A DNA stretch of 64,000 bases from Nymphaea colorata (taxonomy: Eukaryota). Below are positions 1 through 12,974 of this stretch, in pieces. How positions within the stretch are numbered: the first letter of the stretch is position 1; each line of letters starts with the position of its first letter. The position numbers and the translations under genes are program-made. The notes beneath the pieces are model-generated. The model was not told the origin of the DNA and did no database searches. It saw only the letters and a program-made list of their open reading frames with translations. The stretch is from NCBI RefSeq assembly GCF_008831285.2, contig NC_045138.2, positions 41,726,001-41,790,000 on the forward strand, in the 5' to 3' direction.

Positions 1-45
1 TACTAGACTTGTGCCTGACTTTTCTTGGTATCAATTTAATTGCAG

Positions 46-3000
46 CATTGAATTTGATAGAGATGATGAGTTCTTTGCTACTGCTGGAGTTTCTAGACGT
101 ATCAAAGTTTTTGAGTTTTCGACTGTGAGTATAAGAACTCATTGATCAGTATTTTTTGTAAAGAAATTACTCATTCTAAATGTTTAGTGGATATTGGTTA
201 TTTTCTAGGTTGTAAATGAGCCTTCTGATGTCCACTGTCCTGTGGTGGAGATGTCCACCAGATTCAAGCTTAGTTGTCTGAGTTGGAACAAATACATTAA
301 AAACCAGATTGCAAGTAGTGACTATGATGGCATTGTAACTGTCTGGGATGTAAATACCCGCCAGGTAATCAGAGAATGCTCTCTTGTCGAATATACAGGA
401 AGAAAGAGTTATAGAATGCCTTTATTCCTTAACTGTTGGTAATCAATTGTCAAGATGATCTTGTGTGCTTTTAGAGCATCATGGAATATGAGGAGCATGA
501 GAAGAGAGCATGGAGTGTTGATTTTTCACGGACGGAGCCCTCAATGCTTGTATCTGGTAGTGATGACTGTAAGGTACAAAAAATTTCAGGTTCATGATTC
601 TCAATTGTGTTATAATAATATTGACAGTATGTAAAAACATATTTATATGTACCTGGTAGATGGTGGAAGCTATAATCTAGTGCCGGAGATGGGTAAGATG
701 GATTTTACAAAGAGTGTTGTAGTGAAGATACTGAAGTCCCACCCTAAACCGTTGCACTTACTAAAGCTTAATTTTCATATGGCTTTTTTTTTTCTTTGTA
801 AGTTGTGGGTGGTAGCGTCTCACCCTGGGTTTACTTCTGATGGGCCACATATGCCAAGTGGCTTCACCGTGGGATGGTTTTATTATCCCTTTCAAGAAAT
901 GTATCCTGTGCATTCCTAGTGCTTTTGCTCTTCTATTTTTTGTGATTCCAAGTATTTGGTGGTACAGGTTAAGGTCTGGTGCACCAAGCAAGAAGCAAGT
1001 GTGCTGAACATTGATATGAAAGCGAACATATGCTGTGTCAAATATAATCCAGGATCAAGCAGATATATAGCAGTAATGTGTTTTTCCCTTTCTGACCACT
1101 TTTCTTTCATTTTTTTATGTCACTGCATGACATTTGATTTCTCATTCTGGTACAGGTTGGTTCTGCTGACCATCACATTCATTATTATGACTTGAGAAAT
1201 ATTAGTGCTCCATTACATGTTTTCAGTGGACACAGAAAGGCAGTTTCATATGTGAAGTTTTTATCCAATGATGAGCTGGCATCAGCATCAACAGACAGCA
1301 CACTGCGATTGTGGGATGTGAAGGAAAACTTTCTTGTATGTTTTATTGCTTTCCTCTGTCTAACTTGAATTGCTTGTATGTTTAATTGCTTTCTTGTGCC
1401 CAAGTTGAATTTGTTTCATGTATTATGTTAACTGCTCGTCAACCCCTCCTTGTAGCATGAGGCTCACTTTTCAAACACAACTTGTGTCCTGTTCACACAA
1501 TGACAATGTAGTTTAAGCTTCATGCTGAAGCTACAAGTCATATATGGTGCGGATGCATGGCTTGCAGGGGCATTTTGGTGATTTAACTATTTTCTCTGTG
1601 TAGTTGTTCTTAATGTGAGGGTATTACTGGAGTTCTTAATTTTATAACATGAAATATACTTGATAAGTGATTGCTTATGATTCAAAAACACTATTTGCTG
1701 CCTAGGCCGTGAGTGGCACATACAGCCTTGGTGGAATTAGCAATCCCCTCCTCTCCCTTCTCAACCCCAATACTATGTCACACGGACGCGGCTAAAGAGG
1801 CCGCGTACCCGTGTCGACTCGCCGACACGGGACTCGGCTAGGACATGGCAAAAAATAAAAAATAAAAATTTAATTTTTTTTTTCATTTTATCAATTTTTT
1901 GTGATGCATCCAATTATTTCCATGAACAATCCTTTCAAATATTCAGTACTTTTGTGATAAAACACATTTTCTCACAAGATTGTAAGAGTGAACTATTAAT
2001 TTATTGTTTTTTTAGCCGTGTCCGCGTATCCGAAAATTTTGAAAATTGCCGTATCCGCACCCATATCGCATCCACACCCGTGTGACATAGCCCCAATAAG
2101 GAAAGAAACAATCAAATGCACCATTAAATTTTCAAATTATTAAGAAAAATATTTCTCAATGAAAGACACTGGCTATCAATCTATAACAATGAAAACATAT
2201 GTTAGCACATTAAACATATTATAACATGACAGTAAAAATGATTAAAATGTTTAAAGATTTAACGTTAGGAAGTTAAAATTTTAAAGTTCTTAAAGTTGCA
2301 GAAAAAGAACAAGTTTACATTTTAGCATCATTACCCAATGTTCACAAAACATGCAAATTTTTGTAATTTTCCAAACCAACTACTGAATCTTTATTCTCTA
2401 GTTACTGAAGATTAAAAGCCTAAAGTGAACCTAAAGCTGTAAATCCAATAAGAAGAAAACATGAATAACATATTCTCTAGTTCCTTTTTGATTGGCATAG
2501 TATCCAATGAATACACATTTGATGGCTTGGGCAGCAAGTTTGTTTTTGTCTGGGCCTAGGATGTGTGCAAAGCAGGTGCATCCAAACACTTCGGGAGGTA
2601 TATGAAATAATGGTCGATCTGGATATAAAAGTTGAATGAGAATACGTTCTTGGATGGCTGACGAGGGTAATCTATTAATGAGATAGCATGCGGTAAGAAT
2701 CGCATCACCCCAAAAATAGGCAGGCATGTGTGAATGCAACATGAGGGTACAGGCCACATTTAGGAGTTGTCGATGTTTACGTTCGGCAACACCATTTTGT
2801 TGGGACGTGTGAGGACAAGTATATTAAGTTCGAATTCCATGATTGGCATAAAATTGAAGTAGCACGGAGGATTTGAATTCAAGAGCATTATCAGTGCGAA
2901 TATTTTTGACAATGAAACCAAACTGAGTTTTTATTTGTTTGACAAATTTCGGAAGAATACATATGACTTCCGATCTTTCCCGTAACAAGAATACCCAACT

Positions 3001-6000
3001 GACTCTAGTAAAATCATCAACCAAAACAAGATAATACCGAAAACGTGAGTGAAAAGGAACCTGACTAGGACCCCATACATCCACATGAATGAGATCAAAT
3101 GGACTTTAACTAGATGGACTCTGACTCGATGGAAAGCTGCTCCGTGTATGTTTGCCTAACTGGCAAACATCACATAAGAAGGACTCTGATGCAGTAATAC
3201 CTGGAAACATGCGATGAAGTTTGGACACTGATGGATGACCTAGTCTGAGATGCCACTGGAAAGGAGAAGTCTTCGAGGAGAATGATGATACAGCAACATT
3301 TACTGGGACAGACAAGAAATAGAGACCCTCACGTTCATGGCCGCCACCAATCACCTTCCCAGTTAGTAAGTCCTAAAAGATCATGAACCAGGGTAAAAAA
3401 TGACTCTACACTGTAAGTCAATAGCCAGCTGCTTAACAGATAGCAAATTAACAGGAAACTGAGGAGCATAGAGCACGTGAGTAATAGTGCCTAAATGTGG
3501 GAGATAAATATCACCGCTGCCCAACACAGGAGATAGCTTGCCATCAGCTAGTCTGACATGCTGTGGTGTAGAGAATCTGACTAAAGATGAAAAATGTGTG
3601 ATTGATTACAACAATGCCTGGAGGCTCCAGAATCTATCATCCACATCATATCTGGGCCATCGGTAGGAGCACCAACAGAGAAGGCTGAGTCTATTCCAGT
3701 AGTATTGGCATATGAGAAGGAATTTCCAGTCATCTTGTAGTCATTGGAACCCTCGAACACATTACCATCAGCCATAGTAAAATTCCAATCAAAATTTTGG
3801 GCACAATATGTATGTATCAGATGCAACAGTCAACTTCAATCAAGAAATAAATCTTTACGGATCACAGAACTCCAAAAAAAAGAATAATAATAAGCAGTCC
3901 CAATAGTCCCAATGCCAGTTGACCCACATGTGACTGCGCACACCCCCAACAGTCCACAATTCTACTCCACCTGAATATTAGATGGCTGCTACAACACCAG
4001 ACTTAGTAACTCTGCACATGACTGCACATATGTCTAGCAGTCTACCATTCTGCTCCACATGAACTATGTGATAATCAGATCATGTCTTAATACCACCCAC
4101 GTATGGCACACAATATACAGGAAGCAGCAGTCAGACACCACATAAAAAAAATCTCTACTATCCTCAAAGATTATACGAATATCATACGCTATGCAATAAG
4201 GGAGAATCTGTAATCACAGAAACTAACCAAATCTGAACCGTATAAAAGGGAGTAGATAACAGATTACAGAGATTTGAATCAATTGCTGCGGATGATAGCA
4301 GGCCCATGAATAAAACTCCAAAAGACAGCTGCTGACCTCTGCTACTTATGGCTGACTGTTGTTGTTGCCCCCCACATATGATCAGCGTAACACCATCCAC
4401 GTCAAGTTGTTGCTAAAATAGCCTCCACGATCAGCTGATCATTTCTGCTCCACATGCCAAACTACACCCACAAACAGCAGCTAAAGCCTCCACAATCAGC
4501 AGGTCATTTCTGCTCCACACGCCAATCAGCAGCCTTCAAACAGCATGACTCCACACACAACAGCAAAAGGGCAGATCTGATATATAACTTCAAAGGGCAG
4601 ATCTGATACAAGACTTCGTTGATTTGCTTCCAACCAATCAGCAGAAAATCAGATCTGATCTTCCACGGCAGCAACGTCATCAAGGTTTCTCCATGTCTTC
4701 CACGGCAGCAGCAACGCAAGGGTGCTAATCACGTTTAGGTTTGTTTCAGCCGATGACTGAAAAATTGAATCCCCAATCGACTGAAGACGGCTGGGACTTA
4801 TAACAACAGTTGGTTCTCATAAAACTAGCTGTCCACGTGTCAAAGAAATCCACGATATCAATAAATCTTGTACTAAGAATCAGCAGCAGTCCTCACGCAG
4901 CCTTACTTTACTGATTTTGTTTCCACGATCTATAGAAAAATTCTGCTCATATCAAAACTGAGTTCATAAACAGCATATAGACTCCACAAACCACAGTGTC
5001 AAGTCACGGTGCACCCACAACACTTTGCTTCAGACGATCAACATGAAGTTCCAATCACCGTTGAAGTAGCATCCACGAACACCACAAACCACAGCGTCCC
5101 AAGTCACGCTGCACCCACAACACTCTGCTTCACACGATCAACATGAGGATCTGATCACGCCTTCCACATAGGCGTGATCAGGTCCTTCTCCACACAGCAC
5201 GCCCAACCCCTATTCCCTCACTGTCTCCTTATTGGGTGATAAGAGGGAATAAAGGATGGCAATGACAAGAGAGAGGACGATAAAACAGTAAGGAACTCAC
5301 TTGGCTGTTCGCCGGAAAGATTATCGTCGGAGAAGGTGGTTGTTTGAGAAGAAGGTCACCGGAAAACTCATCCTGCAGTCGACGCCAAACCCTGCTCTGA
5401 TACCATGTTACAAGAGAGAGAGAGAGATAGCCGAAAGGAATACTTCATTACGTGACCCTAATCTCTATTAAAAGAGATTAGGGTTAGAGAATTTACAAAA
5501 GTAGTCCAATAAAAATAAGAAAGCATTTAAAGAACTCCTCCCTAACTTCCTAATATTTCAGAAAAACTCTTTTGCATCTTTAACACCTCTCATGGAAGAT
5601 AGGATTGTTAGCGATATATGTAGTGATCTAACCCACGACATTTCAGCCGCAGTTTGAGCCATAGCCCTATATTCTGACTCAGCACTAGAACGAGCCACCA
5701 CATTCTGCTTCTTGCTCCTCCAGGAAATGAGATTACCGCCCACAAAGACACAAAAAACTGTAGTAGACTTCCTATCATCTACAGACCCTGCATAATCAGC
5801 ATCACTTTACGCTTCAATGTCAACACATTCTCCCTTTTTGAACCATAACCTCTTTCCCGGGGAAGATTTCAAGTATCTGACAATCATTAGAGCCGCATCC
5901 CAATGAACCTTCCGGGGTTTTTCCATGAACTAGCTTTAACTTATTCACAGCAAAGCTAATGTCGGGGCCAGTGACAGTCAAATATAACAGTTTCCCTATC

Positions 6001-9000
6001 AGGAACCTGTAAGATCTAGAGTCAAACGGCTTTGAGTCATCATCATGTATATGAATGCGGGGATTCATGAGAAGTGTGGCAGGCTTAGCCCCCAATAGTC
6101 TTCTTTCCTGCAGAAGATCAAGGACATATTTCTTTTGAGACACTACGACTCCTTTATTACTACGAGCCACCTCAATACCAAGAAAATAGCGGAGTTGTCC
6201 AAGGTCTTTTATAACAAAGTGTTGCTGTAAAAACTCCTTTGTTTGAGCTATCTCTTGATCATTTTCCCCAGTAAGAACAATATCATCCACGTAGACAATC
6301 AATATCACAAGTCCTGCACAGTCTCGCTTGATAAACAATGAGTGATCAAGCTGGGATCGACGAAATCCACACTTAGATAACACTTCAGTAAGTTTCTGGA
6401 ACCATGCACGCCACGGGGACTCTGTTTAAGTCCATAAATAGCCTTCTTTAATTTGCATACCTTGGAACACTCCCCCTGTCGCTCAAAACCAGGTGGTTGC
6501 TGCATATAGACGATTTCAGAAAGGTCTCCATATAGAAAGGCATTTTTCACATCCAGCTGAAAAAGAGGCCACTATCGTTAGACAGCAAGAGATAATCAGT
6601 CGAATAGTGCCCAACCGAGCCACAGGCGAAAATGTCTCAAAGAAGTCAACACCATAAGTCTGAGTATACCATTTGGCGACAAGACGGGCTTTGAACCTTT
6701 CAACTGAACCATCAGAATGATACTTGATGGTGAATACCCATCGTGATCCAACCACATCACAGTGTGTCGGGGGGTCTACCAAATCCCAAGTCCCCCGAGA
6801 AGAGAATCCATTTCCTCCTGCATAGCTTGTCGCCAACGTGGATCTAACAGGGCGTGATGGTGAGAAGATGGGATAACATGACTAGATAGAGCTTGATCAA
6901 ACTGCACTAGACTTGTACTCAGATGGGCAGTAGAGACAAAATTAGAAATAGGATGTAATGTGCACTGTCGCTTGCCCTTGCGAATGGCAATAGGGAGATC
7001 TGCTGTAGAATTGTCATCATCTAAACCTGAGTCAGTCTTATCAGTAGAGCTTACCTCTTGAGACGATGCTGGTGGACGGTTGAGAGAGGGACCTAGACGA
7101 CGAGTGTAAACCAACATAGGCTCAAGACAACGTTCATGTGACCTAGGTTGAGATGGTGGAAAAGACTCAAGTGACACTGGTGGAATAGGAAGTGGTATAG
7201 GTGCATGCATCTCTGATGAAGAGGGACTTGACAGAGGAAAATAAGGACGAGACTCAAAGAAGGTAACATCCGCACTGATAATGTCTTTCTTAGTCAGGGG
7301 ATCAAAGCATTTATATCCTTTTTGATTGGCTGAGTAGCCAATAAAGACACATTTGATGGCTTGGGCAGCAAGTTTATTTTTGTTCGGGTCTAGGATGTGT
7401 GCAAAGCAAGTGCATCCAAAAACTTTGGGAGGTTAATGAAATAATGAACGTCCTGGATATAGAATTTGAATTAGAATACGTTCTTGAATGGAGGAAGAGG
7501 GTAATCTATTAATGAGGTAACATGCAGTAAGAATAGCATCACCCCAAAAATAGGCAGGCATGTGAGAATGTAACATGAGGGTACGAACTACGTTTAGGAG
7601 TTGCCGATGTTTGCGTTCGGCTACACCATTTTGTTGGGACGTATGTGGACAAGTATATTGAGGTCGAATTTCATGGTCGGCATAAAACTGAAGTACAATG
7701 GAAGACTTGAATTCAAAAGCATTTTCAGTGCGAATATTTTTTACAATGAGTCCAAACTGAGTTTTTATTTCCTTGATAAACTTTTGAAGAATACATATGA
7801 CTTCAGATCTTTCCCTTAACAAGAAAACTCAACTGACTCTAGTAAAATCATCAACTAGAACAAGATAATATCGAAAACATGACCGAAAAGGAACCCGACT
7901 AGGACCCCATACATCCACATGAATAAAATCAAAAGGACTCTGACTTGACGGACTCTGACTTGAAGTAAAGACGCTCCGTGTATGCTTGCCCAACTGACAA
8001 GCATCACACAAGAATGTCTCTGACGCAGGAATATCAGGAAACATGCGACGAAGTTTTGGTACTGACGGATGACCCAGTCTGAGATGCCATTAAAAAGGAG
8101 AAGGCTTCGAATGAACTGAAGATGCAGCAACATCAACTGGGATTGACAGAAAATAAAGTCCCTCACGTTCATGGCCGCCACCAATCATCTTCCCAGTTAG
8201 TAAGTCCTGAAAAGAACAAGAACCAGGGTCAAAAATGACTTTACACTTTAAATCAATAGCTATCTGTTTAACGGATAACAAGTTAACGGGAAACTGAGGA
8301 GCATATAGCACGTGTAACAGTGCCTAAATGTGGGAGGTAGATATCACCGCTGCCCAGAACCGGGGACAGCTTGCCATCAGCCAATCTGACATGCTGTGGT
8401 GTAGAAAATCTGACAAAAGATGAAAAATTATGTGGTTGATTACAACAATGTTTAGAAGCACCAGAATCTATCATCCATGTCATACCTGGATCATCAGTGG
8501 AAGTACCAACAGAGAATGCAGAGTCTATAACAGCAACATCAACAGATGTAGAGGCAGACCGCTGAGCAAGAACACGATCATATTCATCTTTACTTAAGTT
8601 AAGGGAATATGACATAGATATAGAAGGATCAGTAGAAGAGTCAACCATTGATATTGTTGCCTTTGAATGGGCTGCTTGGGATGAAGAAGGGCCTTTGCCA
8701 GTGGCGATTCTACCTCCACCACGTCCAGAAGAGACGTTCGAACGGAGGTGAGGATGCTTGTCCCAACAACAATCTTCTAGATGATCAACTTTGCCACAAT
8801 AAAACCACTGAAATCTACCACGTCCTGCACAACAGCCTATACCACGTCCCCTAGTGCCACCAAAAGAACTAGGACCCCGTCCTCCTGATATCACAAGTGC
8901 AGAGACTGGTGTGTCATTCGTATTCTGAGAAAGAGTGGCTGCAAAATGACTCAGCTTATTATACGTGTCTACTAAATCTGGAAGTTCACTGCTTGTGAGA

Positions 9001-12000
9001 ATTTGAGACTTTGCCACAGAGTATTCTGAAGATAGGCCAGATAGGAACTTCGCTACCATACCAGTCTCAACGTGTGATGCATAACAATGCTGGCAAGGTG
9101 GACGAAGAGCCTTTAACCATTCATATGCAGCAGTCAATGTAGCAAAATACTGAGATAGGTCCTGATCCCCTTGTCGAATGTTGCATAACTCCTCTTCTAG
9201 TTGTAGGATTTTGACTACATTAGTGCCATGCGAGTATGTCTTCCTCAAGAAAGACCACATATCATTGTCCTTGGTATAATATGCAATAGTTGGGGCTATA
9301 TGAGACTCCACACTATTCATAATCCAAGACATAACAATATAATTATCTTCATCCCACGCAGCATATATCCTTTTTTTTTCAGTAGGTTCATCCTCCTCAA
9401 GAATATATTTCTTCCTATGACCAGCCCGACATTATGAATACCCTAGACCATATTTCATAATTTGAACCATTAAGCTTAATCGTGGTTCCATATGTGAAGG
9501 AATTCCCAGCCATCTTGTAGTCAGCAGACCCTTCAGATTTACTGTTTTCAGCCATAGTAAATAAAGAAGACCAGATTCACGCACAAGTTAAAAAAAAAGG
9601 CTAAGAAATCACTATCACTTACAGGTCTGTTTCAGCCGATGACTGAAAAATTGAATCCCCAATCGACTGAAGACGGCTGTGACTTATAACAGCAGCTGGT
9701 TCTCATAAAACTAGCTGTCCACGTGTCAAAGGAATCCACAATATCAATAAATCTTGTACTAAGAATCAGCAGCAGTCCTCACGGAGCCTTACTTTACTGA
9801 TTTTGTATCCACGATCTATAGAAAAATTCTGCTCATATCAAAACTGAGTTCATAAGCAGCATATAGACTCCACAAAGCATCCACAATCTATAGAAGATTC
9901 TGCTCATATCAAGATGGCATTCATAATCAGCTTATAGACTCCACAAACCACAGCGTCAAGTCACGCTCCACCCACAACACTTTGCTTCACACGAAAGTTC
10001 CAATCACCGTTGAAGTATCATCCACGAACACCACAAACCACAGCATCCCAAGTCACGCTGCACCCACAACACTCTGCTTCACACGATCAACATGAGGATC
10101 TGATCACGCCTTCCACATAGGCGTGATCAGGTCCTTCTCCACACAGCACGCCCAACCCCTATTCCCTCACCGTCTCCTTATTGGGTGATAAGAGGGAATA
10201 AAGGATGGCAATGACAAGAGAAAGGACGATAAAACAGTAAGGAACTCACTTGGCTGTTCGCCGGAAAGATTGTCGTCGGAGAAGGTGGTTGCCTGAGAAG
10301 AAGGTCACCGGAAAACTCATCTTGCAGTCGACGCCAAACCCTGCTCTGATACCATGTTACAAGAGAGAGAGAGAGAGCCGAAAGGAATACTTCATTACGT
10401 GACCCTAATCTCTATTAAAAGAGATTAGGATTAGAGAATTTACAAAAGTAGTCCAATAAAAATAAGAAAGCATTTAAAGAACTCCTCCCTAACTTCCTAA
10501 TATTTCAGAAAAACTCTTTTGCATCTTTAACAAATACGCTTTTCATTGCACAAATCTTTAAGTAATGGTAAGGATGAAAGCTTGTTTAAATTGTGATTGC
10601 TCAAAAATTTCTATATATCTGTCATAGAAAAGGTTACAAAAATAATGTGTTGGAATGCTACAAAAAATGAACATAATAAAAATTTTCCTTTATATGGCAT
10701 TCCCAATCAATTTCTTGTTTTTGTGATCCAGCACCTGACAAATATTTGATGAAAAAAAATATTATATGATACTTTAAGTTTGGAGAATTGATATACAAAA
10801 AGACTATTTAAGTTTAATTTTGGGATACATCTTTTGGTATATAAAGATTTTTTAATTTTCAAAATCTCCTTTGCATTTAATTTTAAGATTTGAGGCATCC
10901 TCCTTAGAAACAAAGGAAGCATTCAATTGTTATGACAATGGGATAATATTGATTTTATTTGGAGTCATATGGAGTGAAGCATCGTAGTCTAAGATTGACA
11001 ATTCACATAAAAAATGAGAAGCTGAAGAGACAGCTACAGCGAAAATTCCTACTGGAAGAAGTTGAAGAACTTTTACCAATTGTGTTGGGAATATTTTGAT
11101 CCAATAGATTGTCTCCCTCTTTTTGATTTGATGAAGTTGCTGCTACCTTTTTGTCATTAGATTTGAAGTCCTTGAACTGGGGACTGTGGCTCAATGTGGA
11201 CATATTACTTAAGGTTCTCCTTTTTTAAGAAATTATTGTAGTTGTTCAAGTGCATTAGTGCAGTGGTCTATAGTATATGACATGGTTTCCTGGTCTTCAT
11301 ATTGCAAGAACTCTTTTTTCTTGTTTCATATTTTTGTTAGTTGTATCACACTATTGGCACTTTTATTCATCTTCATCCTTGTTCTTCTCTACTAAGCCTA
11401 GTGAGAGTTTCATAAATAGGTGGATGAGATGAAAGAGGCGAGAGAAGTAAAGAATCTTTCTTCATCTACTTGATCTTTTTCTTTTTCAACACAATTAGAT
11501 GTTCTTATTCTCAATTTTTGGCTCTAATTGATCAATTTGGTTCTAAACGGAGGATAGCTCTATGAAATAGTCTCTTAGCAATGTATGAGTCATGTTTCGT
11601 TTGGTTTACATACCTTTAAATATCCTAAGCTTCACTAGTTTTGTTGTAGTAGAGAAGGTCAAAGACAATCCTATGATCTATTCCACTAAGCATCCACGAT
11701 TCTTCATTTCCTAATAATCTTGTTATTTGTCACATACATTTCAGTTTTGTCTCTCTTCTTTATCAAGTGTTTTTCCTACTCCATTATTTATCTTGACCAA
11801 CGTAGGTGTAGGTTTGGGAACCATATGTAGCTTCATATTCCTTGCTTTTTAATTATATAGCCTCATATTCATTGCTTTCTAATAAGTCTCTGTCTACCCA
11901 TGAATTGTAGCTGCTCCTATCGAGTTTGTATGTGGGAACAAAAATGGAATTGTTAAAATAGTTTGGTGTTGATAGCCGGATGGCTGGATGACTTCATCTC

Positions 12001-12006
12001 CCTATG

Positions 12007-12061
<55 letters not shown>

Positions 12062-12974
12062 TTAGACATATATTGATATATATGTATTACATATTTTTCT
12101 GACAGAAAACACTTACAGGGTTCGGTGCCTAGGCAAGCCTAAGTGTCCTAGGCAATACCACGAGAGTGCTAGGTCACTTGGCCATGGTGCACCCTTGACA
12201 ACGTAGTATCTTCTAGATCCTGTCTTCCTGCTTTGTTGGGTTGTCCTCTGTTTACAAATCTGTGGTGGCACATTCCTGGTTTATAGATCCTTCGAGGTTC
12301 AAGGATTGTGTATTTATTCATTTAATCCAATGTATGTTGTTATAGTATGGTCCCTTAATTGAATTCCTGTCCTTGGAGTTTATAGCTTCATGGGGATGTT
12401 AACGTGAACATTTCTTGTTGTCTCAAGCTCCCTTTATATGTTAATATCTTTAGTAAGTTGCTCGATGTCTCATTTTATTGTTGGAGTGTCTGATCACTAT
12501 TACCTGTTCTGCATTTCCTTGTCTACTGTTGGTAAAGCATGAAATTCTGAAGGAAAATATGGAACTAACAGTTTTGCTATGTGTGTTTCCATAAATCAGA
12601 TGCGAGTATTTAAAGGTCATACCAATGAAAAGAACTTTGTAGGTCTCACTGTGAATAGTGAATATATTGCATGTGGCAGCGAAACTAATGAAGTGTTCGT
12701 CTACCACAAGGTTGGGAAAGTAGAAGTAAACTGTATCTCTTCCATCTGGCTTCGTTTATTTTCTGCATGACTGACATGGAAGATATGCTTTAATTTTGTA
12801 CAGGCAATTTCCAAACCTGCAGCATGGCATAGATTTGGATCTCCTGATGTGGATGATGCTGATGATGATGCAGCATCATATTTTATTAGTGCTGTTTGTT
12901 GGAAGAGTGATAGTCCAACAATGCTGACAGCCAATAGCCAAGGCACAATCAAAGTTCTTGTTTTGGCACCTTGA
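46..12974 (+). CDS. COP1: E3 ubiquitin ligase COP1, C-terminal WD40 region (5' part lies outside the window). Exons 46-124, 209-364, 475-573, 968-1072, 1156-1335, 12600-12710, 12804-12974
   Basis: All exons are bounded by AG/GT and join in frame. Translation [24 protein letters not shown] / [15 protein letters not shown] / [15 protein letters not shown] / [13 protein letters not shown] / [12 protein letters not shown] is the plant COP1 WD40 domain. Stop TGA at 12972-12974. Confidence 0.96.
1773..2090. mobile_element. hAT-type MITE in COP1 intron
   Basis: Terminal inverted repeats (TIRs) CTATGTCACACGG / CCGTGTGACATAG. Perfect 8-bp TSD CCCCAATA at 1765-1772 and 2091-2098. Confidence 0.9.
2480..5405 (-). 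mobile_element. Second, truncated internal unit of a tandem Ty1/copia: PBS, chimeric leader, gag-deleted protease-integrase fragment
   Basis: Primer-binding site (PBS) TGGTATCAGAGC at 5394-5405, adjacent to LTR 5406-5585. Protease motif WMIDSGAS (~3630), HHCC WHLRLGH..CDVC, integrase core [13 protein letters not shown] and [11 protein letters not shown]. Homology stops at ~2480 with no RT or LTR. Confidence 0.88.
5406..10532 (-). mobile_element. Ty1/copia LTR retrotransposon with disrupted gag-pol, in COP1 intron (antisense to COP1)
   Basis: TG..CA LTRs at 5406-5585 and 10355-10532. Met-tRNA-type PBS at 10343-10354. Domain order gag-PR(DSGAS)-INT-RT(YVDD)-RH in ORF fragments. About 190 bp including the polypurine tract (PPT) and RNase H end are missing next to the 5406 LTR, compared with the 41536 copy. 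Confidence 0.95.
12007..12058. repeat. (TA)n(TG)n compound microsatellite
   Basis: Directly visible. Confidence 0.95.
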
